Under the pieces are notes generated by a model. It saw only the letters and a list, made by a program, of their open reading frames with translations, did no database searches and was not told the origin of the DNA. DNA of 64,000 nucleotides from Candidatus Pacearchaeota archaeon (GTDB lineage Archaea; Nanobdellota; Nanobdellia; Pacearchaeales; GW2011-AR1), in the NCBI GenBank assembly GCA_041659265.1, contig JBAZYP010000001.1:128817-192816 (forward strand), given 5' to 3'. Every line of letters begins with the position of its first letter. Within the stretch, counting starts at the first letter, position 1. This document shows positions 27,172 through 36,783 of the stretch, one piece after another. The position numbers and the translations under genes were made by a program.

Positions 27172-27753
27172 ATGGTAAAGAGGTTATTATTTGTGTTATT
27201 TATATTATCTCTATGTTATCTTTTTTTATCTTTTTCTTCAGAAAAATCTATTCTTGGAAGAGTAATTTCTATAGATAGTTCTTATGAAAATATTAAATGG
27301 TTAAATATGCCTTTAACTTATTATATTAATTATTCTAGTTGTGGAGAATTGATGAAAACTAGAATAAAAAATGCATTTTTAATATTGGAAAATGAAAGTG
27401 AGGGAAAAGTTGAGTTTCATGAAGGAGATTTTAAATCTGATATATTAATAACTTGCACATCTAAAATTAATTTTATTAAGGGATTTTATGAATCTGGAGA
27501 AGCTACCTATTATTCAGAAGGTGAAAATATTAACCGAGCTGAAATTGTATTTTATAATGTTAATCCCAAAGCAAATAATAAATTTGCAGGAGGATGTACT
27601 GGTTATCCTAATTTAGAATTGCATGAGATTTTACATGTTTTGGATTTTTCACATAAATCTGGAAATAGTATAATGAATCCTTTAATTGATGGGTGTAAAA
27701 TAAAAGAAGTTGATAGGGATATTATAGAAAAAATAAAAGAGATATATTCTTAG
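27172..27753 (+). CDS. secreted zinc metalloprotease, metzincin/matrixin-like
   Basis: It has a signal peptide, an HEILHVLDFSH (HExxHxxxxxH) motif, and a downstream SIMNP Met-turn candidate. Confidence 0.6.
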   Translation: MVKRLLFVLFILSLCYLFLSFSSEKSILGRVISIDSSYENIKWLNMPLTYYINYSSCGELMKTRIKNAFLILENESEGKVEFHEGDFKSDILITCTSKINFIKGFYESGEATYYSEGENINRAEIVFYNVNPKANNKFAGGCTGYPNLELHEILHVLDFSHKSGNSIMNPLIDGCKIKEVDRDIIEKIKEIYS

Positions 27754-28430
27754 TTTTTAGTAAATAAGTTTGTAACAAATTCTGAAGCCCAGATTTTTAT
27801 ATAACCTAAATAAGGTATTTTAAAGATGGCTTTACCTATGACTTGATCTTCTTTAATTTTTGTTTCATCTGTTCTATAATTATTATTACCTGCAACTAAT
27901 TGATCTTGATTATGGTCTCCTTTTGTTTGTATAAATCCATTTTCCATTGTGACTACTCTATGAATAATTGGTCTAGGTGCAAATGAATCTTGATTTGGTT
28001 TAAAGATTATTATATCTCCTATTTTAGGTTTAAATCTTCCCCATACTATTATTATATCTCCTTTTCTAAATCCATTTTTTAAAGTGAACTTCGAAAATTC
28101 TTCTTTTGTTAAATCTCTTTTTTCATACCATTCTCCGCAATTTTTCCAATATTCATCAAAATCAACATGATTAACTTGATTTTCTGAAAAATATTCTCCA
28201 CATAATGCATATCTTCCTAAATCATCTTTTACTATTTGATGATCCATGGAAGATGATTCAACTCCTGCTAATGGAAGAGTTGTACCCATGATTAAAGATA
28301 ACGTTGGAAAGAAAATAAATTTTACAATAACAAAAATGACTACTAGAGCTACAAGCCAACTTAATATTGAATCAGAATCCCAAATCCATCTCCACATTTT
28401 ACGAATATTTTTAAAAAATTCATTTGACAT
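27750..28430 (-). CDS. signal peptidase I (archaeal/ER S26B type)
   Basis: It has an N-terminal TM, then ESSSMDH (catalytic Ser box), GDIIIF, IIHRVV and TKGDHN boxes. Confidence 0.75.
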   Translation of the reverse strand: MSNEFFKNIRKMWRWIWDSDSILSWLVALVVIFVIVKFIFFPTLSLIMGTTLPLAGVESSSMDHQIVKDDLGRYALCGEYFSENQVNHVDFDEYWKNCGEWYEKRDLTKEEFSKFTLKNGFRKGDIIIVWGRFKPKIGDIIIFKPNQDSFAPRPIIHRVVTMENGFIQTKGDHNQDQLVAGNNNYRTDETKIKEDQVIGKAIFKIPYLGYIKIWASEFVTNLFTKN

Positions 28431-28616
28431 TTATTAAAGAAATGAAAGGGGTTTTTAAAACTAATTAATAATATGAAATGTCTGGAATTCTTTAGAATTC
28501 CTTCCAGAATTGCTAATTTGTCGCAAGATTTGCTAATTTTTAAGAAGTTAATTCTAAAAAAATTAGTTAATTAAAATGTTAAAAAATTAAACTCTAGATA
28601 GAGCATAATCATAAAA

Positions 28617-29207
28617 TTATTGATTTTGATAATATATAGGTTCATTAGTTGGAACAAGAAGTGTTTCTATATTTCTTCTTCCACAAAATATTCTTCTAAA
28701 AATTGCTCTTAAACCTATTCCAACTCCTCTTAAACTTCTTCCAACTGCTTTAACTAAGGGTCTATCATAATAAACTACTTGTAGTTCTCTATAAACTTGA
28801 TTTTGTGGAACTTCAAAGGAAGTTGGTGGATTTGTATAAACTGTTTGAGGATTGACAAGAACAGAACTTTCCCCTTGAACAGTTGGATTTAATGAATAAG
28901 CATCTGGTGTTGGAATTTCTTCAAATCCATTTGCTGGATTTAATGAAGGTCCTTCTTGAGAAATATAAACTAATCCATTGTTATTAGTTTTTTGAACTCT
29001 TGTATCATTTAGAAAGTGAATATTTTCATATTGAGAAGATGGTTCTCTAATATCAACAAATCTACCTGATTGTACATATGAATCTTGTGCAATTGATTCT
29101 ATATTTGCTGATTTTGTTTCTGTTTTATTAGGATTTGGAAGTCCATTTAAATAAAATGCACCTACTGCTGTTAATCCAATAAGACCTGCGACATAATTTC
29201 TATTCAT
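28617..29207 (-). CDS. hypothetical secreted or membrane-anchored protein
   Basis: It has an N-terminal helix YVAGLIGLTAVGAFYL and is P/N/Q-rich. Confidence 0.5.
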   Translation of the reverse strand: MNRNYVAGLIGLTAVGAFYLNGLPNPNKTETKSANIESIAQDSYVQSGRFVDIREPSSQYENIHFLNDTRVQKTNNNGLVYISQEGPSLNPANGFEEIPTPDAYSLNPTVQGESSVLVNPQTVYTNPPTSFEVPQNQVYRELQVVYYDRPLVKAVGRSLRGVGIGLRAIFRRIFCGRRNIETLLVPTNEPIYYQNQ

Positions 29208-29521
29208 TTTATTTGTTGTAACTTTAATATAGTAAAAATAAAGATAGTATATTTTAAATTATTATTGTATTAGGAAATATATATTCTACAATATACTTTA
29301 TTTTTTGTTTTTAATTTACCACTTAAGGGTTAATGGAAAAGTTTATAAAGTATACATATGTGGTATATACATAAGGTATATCCATACCTTAGACACCTCT
29401 TTTCCCCTATAAAAAGCCCAAGACGTGCTTTGTGCATGACACTGGCTTTTTTAGGGTTTAAACTCTATTGAAAGGAAATAAGATAACAAAAATAAAAATA
29501 TAATAATAACAAAGCGATACA

Positions 29522-29935
29522 ATGGATGACATTTTTGACAACACGATTTTATGCAAAAATTGCAATATAAAAATGAATAATACTAATGTGCATAAAAATG
29601 GATTTATTCTTAGAGCAGTTAATTGTCCTGAATGCAATTCTATTTTGATTCATCCTAAAGATGAACATGAATTTAATGATTTTGTTAATTTAAAAAATAA
29701 AGAGTTTTCTGTTAAAATGAGATATATTGGCAATAGTTATGCTGTATCAATTCCAAGAGAACTTGTTAATTTTATAAGGGAACAGGAAAAAATAATGGAT
29801 GATATGGTTAGTATGTGTTTAGAAGATTTTGGAAAAATATCTTTAAATTTTGCAAATAATAAGAATGGAATAATTAATAAAGGGAGTGTTGATGAGATTA
29901 ATGAATTTAATCAAATAAATAAAAAGAATAATTAA
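29522..29935 (+). CDS. zinc-ribbon plus SpoVT/AbrB-like domain protein
   Basis: The CKNC...CPEC ribbon is followed by VKMRYIGNSYAVSIPRELVNFI, an AbrB-like swapped hairpin. It lies immediately upstream of cdc48 with a 1-nt gap. Confidence 0.5.
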   Translation: MDDIFDNTILCKNCNIKMNNTNVHKNGFILRAVNCPECNSILIHPKDEHEFNDFVNLKNKEFSVKMRYIGNSYAVSIPRELVNFIREQEKIMDDMVSMCLEDFGKISLNFANNKNGIINKGSVDEINEFNQINKKNN

Positions 29936-29936
29936 A

Positions 29937-32489
29937 ATGACTGATAAAATTAAAACTATAAAATTAAGGGTTGCTGAAGCATTACAAGATGATGCATATA
30001 AAGGTATAGCTAGAATAGATGCTGAAGTGATGAAAGAATTAGGAATCAAGAGAGGAGATGTTATTACAATTAAAGGTACACGAGAAACAGTCGCTATTGC
30101 AGATAGGGCTTATCCTGCTGATGTTGGCGAGAATCTAATTAGAATAGATGGAATTATAAGAAAAAATGCTAGAACTGGTGTATCTGAAAATGTCACAATA
30201 TCTAGAACAAATATTAAGGAAGCAAAGAAAGTTGTTATTGCGCCTCAAAAAGGTGTAAAAGTTCAAGGTGATCTTAAACCAGGTTTACTTGGAAGAGCAA
30301 TAGTTAAGGGTGATGTTGTTGTTCTTGGTGGAGTTCAAAGAAGAAAAGATATGATGAATGATGAGTTTGGAGACATGAATGAATTATTTGGAAATCTTAA
30401 TGAAATGTTTGGTGGAATGGGAAGTTTTCCAGGATTTAGGGGACTTCAACAAATTAGATTTATAATAACTACATTAAGTCCGGCTCAAGCATGTATAATA
30501 ACTGAAAATACTGAAATTGTTTTATCAAATAAATCAATGGAAGTAATGGAAGAAAATATTCCAAGTGTTACTTATGAAGATATTGGTGGATTAACTGATG
30601 AAGTCAAGAAAATAAGAGAAATGGTTGAAATTCCACTTAAACATCCAGAGATATTCGAACAATTAGGAATTGAACCACCTAAAGGAGTATTATTGCATGG
30701 ACCACCTGGAACAGGAAAGACATTACTTGCTAAAGCTGTAGCTAATGAATCTGAAGCAAATTTCTTATTATTAAATGGACCTGAAATTATGTCTAAATTT
30801 TATGGAGAATCTGAAAAGAAATTAAGAGATTTATTTGAAGAAGCGGAAAAAAATGCTCCGTCAATTATATTTATAGATGAGATTGATGCTATTGCACCAA
30901 AAAGAGAAGATGCTTCTGGTGAAGTTGAAAGAAGAGTTGTTTCACAATTATTAACAGTTATGGATGGTCTTCAAGCAAGAGGAAAAGTTGTAGTAATTGG
31001 TGCAACAAATAGACCTAATTCAATTGATCCTGCATTAAGAAGACCTGGAAGATTTGATAGAGAAGTCGAAATAAGAGCACCTGACAAGAGTGGAAGATTG
31101 CAGGTTTTAAAGATTCATACAAGAAATATGCCGTTAGTTTCACCTTTAAAAAAATCATATATCTTAAAAAAGATAAGTTTTGTTAAGGAATTAATTAAAT
31201 CATTAAATTCAGATTCACGATTTACAAAAGAAGAGAATAAAGCAAAAAATACTGCTGAGGAACTTAAGAGAAATAAGGAACTTCTTGAAAGACTTGAATT
31301 TTATCATGAACAATTTCATGAAGATGAAATAAAAAATAAAAGTGTTTTTAGGGAACTTCCATCAAAAGAAAAAGAGGAAGTAAATTCTATTATGATGGAA
31401 GGGATGATGGAAGAAATAGCTGGTGTAACTCATGGATTTGTTGGAGCTGATATAAATGCTTTAGCAAAAGAAGCTGCAATGGTTGTATTAAGAAAATTCT
31501 TACCAAATCTTGATTTAAAAGAAAATGAAAATATTCCTGAAGACAAATTAAAAGAATTAAAAGTTACTCATAAAGATTTTCAAGAAGCATTAAAAGCTGT
31601 TAGACCGTCTGCTATGAGAGAAGTTTTAGTTGAAACTCCTAATATTGGATGGAATGATGTTGGTGGATTAGACCCATTAAAACAAGAATTAATGGAAGCT
31701 GTTGAATGGCCAATGAAATATCCTGATTCATTCACAAGAATGGGAATAAGACCTCCACGAGGAATATTATTATATGGTCCTCCTGGAACTGGAAAGACAC
31801 TACTAGCTAAAGCTGTTGCTAAAGAATCTGAAGCTAATTTTATACAGATAAAAGGACCTTCATTATTATCTATGTGGGTTGGAAAATCTGAAGAAGGGGT
31901 TAGAAAAGTCTTTGAACGAGCAAGACAAGTTTCACCTTGTATTGTATTTTTTGATGAAGTTGATGCACTTGCATCTAAAAGAGGAATGGAACAAGGAACT
32001 AAAGTAACTGAAAGAGTACTAAATCAATTATTAGCTGAAATGGATGGAATTGAAGATTTATCAAATGTAATTGTGATAGGTGCTACAAATAGACCTGATA
32101 TGCTTGATGCTGCATTATTAAGACCTGGAAGATTTGATAGAATTTTATTAGTTGGAACTCCTTCTAAAGAGGGAAGAGAAAAAATATTAGAAATTCATAC
32201 TAAGAAAATGCCTCTAGCAAAAGATGTAGATATGAAAGATATTATTGAAAGAACTGAAGGATATGTTGGAGCAGATTTAGAATCTTTAGTTAGAGAAGCA
32301 GCAATGCTTGCATTAAGAGAAGATATTAATGGAAAAGAAGTTAAGATGAAACATTTTGAATTAGCACTAAAGAAAGTATCTGCATCTGTATCAAAAACAG
32401 ACATGGATAGATATAGAAAAATTGAAACTGAATATCTTAGAAGTGCAAAAGCTGCTTTAGAAAGAGCACCTAGTGCTTATTTGGGATAA
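29937..32489 (+). CDS. cdc48: CDC48/VAT-type double AAA+ ATPase
   Basis: It has an N domain and two GPPGTGKT Walker A motifs, each with DEID/DEVD Walker B and SRH motifs. At 850 aa it carries an extra K/E-rich insert in D1. Confidence 0.92.
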   Translation: MTDKIKTIKLRVAEALQDDAYKGIARIDAEVMKELGIKRGDVITIKGTRETVAIADRAYPADVGENLIRIDGIIRKNARTGVSENVTISRTNIKEAKKVVIAPQKGVKVQGDLKPGLLGRAIVKGDVVVLGGVQRRKDMMNDEFGDMNELFGNLNEMFGGMGSFPGFRGLQQIRFIITTLSPAQACIITENTEIVLSNKSMEVMEENIPSVTYEDIGGLTDEVKKIREMVEIPLKHPEIFEQLGIEPPKGVLLHGPPGTGKTLLAKAVANESEANFLLLNGPEIMSKFYGESEKKLRDLFEEAEKNAPSIIFIDEIDAIAPKREDASGEVERRVVSQLLTVMDGLQARGKVVVIGATNRPNSIDPALRRPGRFDREVEIRAPDKSGRLQVLKIHTRNMPLVSPLKKSYILKKISFVKELIKSLNSDSRFTKEENKAKNTAEELKRNKELLERLEFYHEQFHEDEIKNKSVFRELPSKEKEEVNSIMMEGMMEEIAGVTHGFVGADINALAKEAAMVVLRKFLPNLDLKENENIPEDKLKELKVTHKDFQEALKAVRPSAMREVLVETPNIGWNDVGGLDPLKQELMEAVEWPMKYPDSFTRMGIRPPRGILLYGPPGTGKTLLAKAVAKESEANFIQIKGPSLLSMWVGKSEEGVRKVFERARQVSPCIVFFDEVDALASKRGMEQGTKVTERVLNQLLAEMDGIEDLSNVIVIGATNRPDMLDAALLRPGRFDRILLVGTPSKEGREKILEIHTKKMPLAKDVDMKDIIERTEGYVGADLESLVREAAMLALREDINGKEVKMKHFELALKKVSASVSKTDMDRYRKIETEYLRSAKAALERAPSAYLG

Positions 32490-32539
32490 AATTTATTTTT
32501 ATAGAAAAAATTAAATAGTTTGTTTTTTTAAATAATTAC

Positions 32540-32701
32540 ATGGGAAATGAAGAAATAATTATTACTAAACTTGATGAATTAAAACAAGAAATAGATTTTA
32601 TAAAATCTCATTTGTTAGATGTAACTTTAACCCAAGAGGATATTGAATCTTTATACGAAGCTGATGAAGATTTAAAAAAAGGAAGAACTAAGAGGTTATA
32701 A
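32540..32701 (+). CDS. small antitoxin candidate (53 aa, below the ORF-track cutoff) upstream of relE
   Basis: My translation is MGNEEIIITKLDELKQEIDFIKSHLLDVTLTQEDIESLYEADEDLKKGRTKRL. The stop is 1 nt before the relE ATG. Confidence 0.5.
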   Translation: MGNEEIIITKLDELKQEIDFIKSHLLDVTLTQEDIESLYEADEDLKKGRTKRL

Positions 32702-32702
32702 A

Positions 32703-32963
32703 ATGTATAATGTAGGGCTATCTATTAGGGCTCAAGATTTCTTAAATAAATTAGATGAAGATACTAAAAAAAGAGTTGAAAAAAGATTAAAAAATTTAGA
32801 ACATAATCCGGTTCCAAGCGATTCTAAATTTATTGGTAGGGATAATAATGAAATAATATTTAGATATAGAATTGGTAAATTTAGGGTTTTATATAAGCTT
32901 AAAGAAGAATTAAAAATAGTTTTAATTTCTAAAATAGATAAAAGAGAAAGGGTTTACGATTAA
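32703..32963 (+). CDS. relE: RelE/ParE-family toxin (archaeal RelE-like)
   Basis: It is 86 aa long. The pattern ...L..L...P......K.L.G.....FRYRIGKFRVLY....E..IV.I..I.KR..VY is typical of RelE. Confidence 0.75.
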   Translation: MYNVGLSIRAQDFLNKLDEDTKKRVEKRLKNLEHNPVPSDSKFIGRDNNEIIFRYRIGKFRVLYKLKEELKIVLISKIDKRERVYD

Positions 32964-32964
32964 T

Positions 32965-33147
32965 ATGAAAAATTCATATCAATCAGAGAATATTTATTCT
33001 ATGAATTCGAATAGAAATTATTATTCAAAAAATTCAAGTTATCAAGGAATTAGTTTAGGTAATGCTACTGGAGATTATTCAGAAGGAAATCTTTCTAATG
33101 ATTATTTTAAAAGTATTCCTAAAACAAGAATTGGAGATTATGTTTGA
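32965..33147 (+). CDS. hypothetical small N/S/Y-rich protein
   Basis: This is a 60-aa low-complexity ORF and may not be coding. Confidence 0.2.
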   Translation: MKNSYQSENIYSMNSNRNYYSKNSSYQGISLGNATGDYSEGNLSNDYFKSIPKTRIGDYV

Positions 33148-33235
33148 ATTTTAAAAAATTATTCTTTAGTTAGTTTGTATTATATTTTAATAAATAAAAT
33201 TATTTCTTTCGAAAGGTTTTTATATATGTAAGTAC

Positions 33236-33454
33236 ATGTACTTACATAATAATATGGGAAATGATAGGAAGCATATGAAGAAAATAAGAATTAAAAGAAT
33301 AGAATCAGTCAAGAAGCAGATAGAAAACCATGAAGAAAAGATTGATAATGAAAAAGGAAGAAAAGATACTACAAAAGATTATTGGAAAAAGGAAATAGAT
33401 GAGAAATTTTTAAAGCAAATAGAAGAAGATGAAAAATATTTGGATAAAAAATAA
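33236..33454 (+). CDS. hypothetical K/E-rich small protein
   Basis: Its stop overlaps the next ATG (taATG), which suggests coupling to the nucleotidyltransferase gene. Confidence 0.4.
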   Translation: MYLHNNMGNDRKHMKKIRIKRIESVKKQIENHEEKIDNEKGRKDTTKDYWKKEIDEKFLKQIEEDEKYLDKK

Positions 33455-34236
33455 TGGATGTTCAAATAAAAAAAGCAATTAAAGCAGGAAATTCTTCTGC
33501 TGTAACTCTTCCAAGAGCATGGTTAAATAGAGATGTAAGGGTTGAATTAATAAAAAAGACACCTGAAACTATACTTTTGGAGGTAATCAAAATATTAAAC
33601 GAGAATATTGATTTAAAAGATGTAATTGGAATATATTTAACTGGAAGTTATGCTAGAAATGAAGAGACATTAGAGAGTGATATTGATATATTAGTTATTA
33701 CCAATAAAATTGATAAAGAAATTATTAATAAAGGAATTTATAATATTTTAATAATTTCAACTGAATTATTATATCAAAAATTAGATAGAGATTTATTTCC
33801 AATTGGACAAATGATAAAAGAAGCAAAACCCTTACTTAATTCAGAATATTTGAAATCGATTGAAGTAAAAATCACTAATAAAAATATAAAATGGTATTTG
33901 GAAACTACTAAAGAAAAAATTATTTTAATAAAAAAAATTCTTGAAAAATCTAAAAATCTGGATATTTTAAGTGATAAAATAGCTTATACACTTATTTTAA
34001 GGATACGGACATTAGAAATAATCCTGAAGTTGATTAATAATGAAACGTATTCTAATAAGGAATTCCTAAGAAAAATAAAAAATATTAGTAAGGGGAATAA
34101 TTCTTATGAAGGATATTTGAATATAAAATATGAAAAAGATGATAAAAATAGGATAAGTCTAAAAGAAGCTAAAAAGCTTTTATCTTATTTAGAGAATCAA
34201 TTAGAAGAAATTATTGGAAATAAAAAAATTGAATGA
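33454..34236 (+). CDS. SpoVT/AbrB-like domain fused to a minimal nucleotidyltransferase (MNT) domain with a helical C-terminal domain
   Basis: The AbrB-like segment is IKAGNSSAVTLPRAWLNRDVRVEL. The NTase motif is GIYLTGSYARNEETLESDIDILVI (GS...D.D). Confidence 0.65.
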   Translation: MDVQIKKAIKAGNSSAVTLPRAWLNRDVRVELIKKTPETILLEVIKILNENIDLKDVIGIYLTGSYARNEETLESDIDILVITNKIDKEIINKGIYNILIISTELLYQKLDRDLFPIGQMIKEAKPLLNSEYLKSIEVKITNKNIKWYLETTKEKIILIKKILEKSKNLDILSDKIAYTLILRIRTLEIILKLINNETYSNKEFLRKIKNISKGNNSYEGYLNIKYEKDDKNRISLKEAKKLLSYLENQLEEIIGNKKIE

Positions 34237-34310
34237 ATTTTATAAATAGATAATATTATTATATTTAGATTTTAAATTAAGTTTTTAAACTCTTGATATT
34301 TAATTTTAAT

Positions 34311-34943
34311 ATGAATTCAAAAAAGGTGTTTAAGTATTTAGTAATTTTAACAATTGTTGCAGTTATAGCTTATATTCTAATTTATTCTTATATTGATCAG
34401 AAAAAAATTGATGAATTAAAGAAAATTAATAGTGAATCTAGTTCAACTAAACAGAGTTCAACTGTAAATACTCCGCCTAAACCAAGTTCAGCTGCACCGA
34501 GCCCACCAAGTCCATCTACATCTAAACCAAGCAGCCCATCTACAAGTAAACCTACCGCTCCAAGTCCACCACAAGTTGATACATATAAATTACCTGATTT
34601 TAATAAACTTCAAGAAACTCTGGCTAAAGAACCAATAATTAATGATTTTCCAAAAGCGGGAAATATGAGATTAAGATTTTATCATTTTTATAATGGAAAT
34701 AGAATTTGGGATAAATCTTTTTATATTACTCAAGGAAGTATTGTTGCTAAAGATACTACAGCTGATATTGATATTTGGATGTCTTCAGATTATGCAAGTG
34801 TGTTTAATGGAAATAATTTATGTGATACTGTTCAAGATGCAAGAACAAAAGGACATTTAGGTCAAGATAGTGGTTTAACTAAAACTCAACTTCTATGGAA
34901 ATATTCTGGAATGGTTAAATATAAAAGTTGTTTTGGGATATAA
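34311..34943 (+). CDS. secreted or membrane-anchored protein with P/S-rich linker
   Basis: The track start at 34293 is TTG; the ATG is at 34311. It has a TM helix and the repeats PSSAAPSPPSPSTSKPSSPSTSKPTAPSPP. Confidence 0.5.
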   Translation: MNSKKVFKYLVILTIVAVIAYILIYSYIDQKKIDELKKINSESSSTKQSSTVNTPPKPSSAAPSPPSPSTSKPSSPSTSKPTAPSPPQVDTYKLPDFNKLQETLAKEPIINDFPKAGNMRLRFYHFYNGNRIWDKSFYITQGSIVAKDTTADIDIWMSSDYASVFNGNNLCDTVQDARTKGHLGQDSGLTKTQLLWKYSGMVKYKSCFGI

Positions 34944-34989
34944 AATTTTAAAGATTTGCTAAAAAATTTTTAGAAAAAAAGATTTATTT

Positions 34990-35385
34990 TTAAAGTAAAT
35001 TTGCTGCCCTTATTCTAGCTTCTTGAGAAAGAATTAAACCTTCTTTTCCAACATAAACAGAGTAAATGTCTCCATTTAATTGTATTCCTGAATCATTTTT
35101 ACTTGGCATATAAGTGGTAATTTGATAAATTGCTCCAACTGGAGCTAAAACATCTTTAGTATGATCAACTAATTCTATATAGATTCCTGGTGATCTTGGA
35201 GATTCAATAGTGACTGCTCCTCTCGATGTTGGAATTAATTTTGCTTCTAAAGAACCATTATACATTCTTACTTTTGCACTTTCACTAGCTGTAGCAATTG
35301 CAGTTCTTTCATCATTAAGATTTACTCCCAATTGATCTGCTAAATACTTAATTGTTGCTAATCCTTCTTCGTTTTGATTGGTCAT
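34990..35385 (-). CDS. hypothetical protein
   Basis: This is a 131-aa ORF with balanced composition and no recognised motif. Confidence 0.5.
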   Translation of the reverse strand: MTNQNEEGLATIKYLADQLGVNLNDERTAIATASESAKVRMYNGSLEAKLIPTSRGAVTIESPRSPGIYIELVDHTKDVLAPVGAIYQITTYMPSKNDSGIQLNGDIYSVYVGKEGLILSQEARIRAANLL

Positions 35386-35516
35386 AGCAAAAGTAATGAA
35401 TTAATCCTTTATAAATCTTTAGTTTTTTTACTACTATACTGTGATATCAACTTTCACCCATTTCATTCGAGGATGAAATTAACTTTCTTTAATCCCGTTT
35501 TAACAAAGATTAAATA

Positions 35517-35816
35517 ATGTTAATTCCTTATTTAATTATGGATAAAAAGGATCAATTGATTAAAAAAATTCTTGAAGAAGATACAAAACCTAAGAAGAAA
35601 TTGGGATTTATGAGAGTTGGGGTTTATTTATTTTTTATATTAACTTTAGTTGGTTTATTAATTAGTTTTATATTTTTAAGAGATATTACAATATCTGGAA
35701 ATTTAATTGGAATTAAAGAGGGTAATTTATATGGATTAATGGTAATATTGATATTTTTTATTGTTTGGACTTTTTTAATGGTTGAATGGTTTAAAAGAAG
35801 TAATAAAGATGATTAA
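35517..35816 (+). CDS. hypothetical two-TM membrane protein
   Basis: It has two clear hydrophobic helices. Confidence 0.4.
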   Translation: MLIPYLIMDKKDQLIKKILEEDTKPKKKLGFMRVGVYLFFILTLVGLLISFIFLRDITISGNLIGIKEGNLYGLMVILIFFIVWTFLMVEWFKRSNKDD

Positions 35817-35856
35817 AAAATTTTATAAATAATTTATTTACTAAGATTAGTGAAAT

Positions 35857-36027
35857 TTAATCAATTATATTATCCTTATCTTTTTTATAACCACATTTTT
35901 TGCAATTAGAAACTTCAAAATAGCATTGAGAACTCATTTTTATAGAAATTTGATTAGAACTGCATTTAGGACATCTTATGTCAAGCTCATCATTTGCACC
36001 AGCTGTCTTAATTATGTGGCTTTCCAT
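35857..36027 (-). CDS. small zinc-ribbon protein (56 aa, below the ORF-track cutoff)
   Basis: My translation is MESHIIKTAGANDELDIRCPKCSSNQISIKMSSQCYFEVSNCKKCGYKKDKDNIID, which has CPKC...CKKC. Confidence 0.4.
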   Translation of the reverse strand: MESHIIKTAGANDELDIRCPKCSSNQISIKMSSQCYFEVSNCKKCGYKKDKDNIID

Positions 36028-36176
36028 TTTTAGGGAGTATTGTAAAAACTGTATAAACCACTATAGAAATCTTAAGTATCACTTATATATAGATTTTTTG
36101 TTTAAGAAAAATTTAAAATTTTGGAATAATTAGGGATAATAGAATATTTTATAAATAAAAGAAAATATTTTATTTA

Positions 36177-36632
36177 ATGGTAAAAGAGAATCTAAAAGAA
36201 AATTTATTAATTAAAAAAATTCATAAAGATGCAGAATTACCTAAATATTCTTTAGATAGTGATGTAGGTCTTGATTTAGTTGCTGTTGAAGATGTTAGTT
36301 TTTTACCAATGGAACAAAAACCTGTAAGAACGGGTTTAATTATTAAGATTCCGGAAGGCCATGTTGGATTAATTAGGGATAGATCTGGAATAGTTACCCA
36401 AATGAATATACATACTGTTGCTGGTACTTTTGACCCTGCATATAGGGGAGAAGTTTCAGTTGTACTTGTAAATTTTTCAGATAGTGAGATAGAGGTTGAA
36501 AAAGGTATGAAAATAGCACAATTATTAATAATTCCTGTAACTAAAGTAGGAGTAAAAGAAGTAAAAACCCTTGAAAAGACAAAAAGAGGAGAAAAGGGTT
36601 TTGGTTCAACAGGATTAAGGCATAGAAAATAG
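36177..36632 (+). CDS. dut: dUTP diphosphatase
   Basis: It has the motifs AGTFDPAYRGE and C-terminal RGEKGFGSTG. Confidence 0.85.
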   Translation: MVKENLKENLLIKKIHKDAELPKYSLDSDVGLDLVAVEDVSFLPMEQKPVRTGLIIKIPEGHVGLIRDRSGIVTQMNIHTVAGTFDPAYRGEVSVVLVNFSDSEIEVEKGMKIAQLLIIPVTKVGVKEVKTLEKTKRGEKGFGSTGLRHRK

Positions 36633-36783
36633 TTTATATTCTATAAAATAATTGAAAAATATTTTTTACTCCCACATTTTAAGAATATTTATAAATGATT
36701 TTTTCTTTAATTTTATATAAAAGAGGCATGGCATTTTAAAATAATGTTACTAGAAATATTATTATTTTATAATCTGGATTTTA

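Noticed and set aside
30340-30480. Apparent insertion in the CDC48 N-domain/linker ([32 protein letters not shown])
   Set aside because: A comparable Gly/Met/Phe-rich loop is common at this position in archaeal CDC48 homologs as far as I recall, so it is not flagged as unusual.
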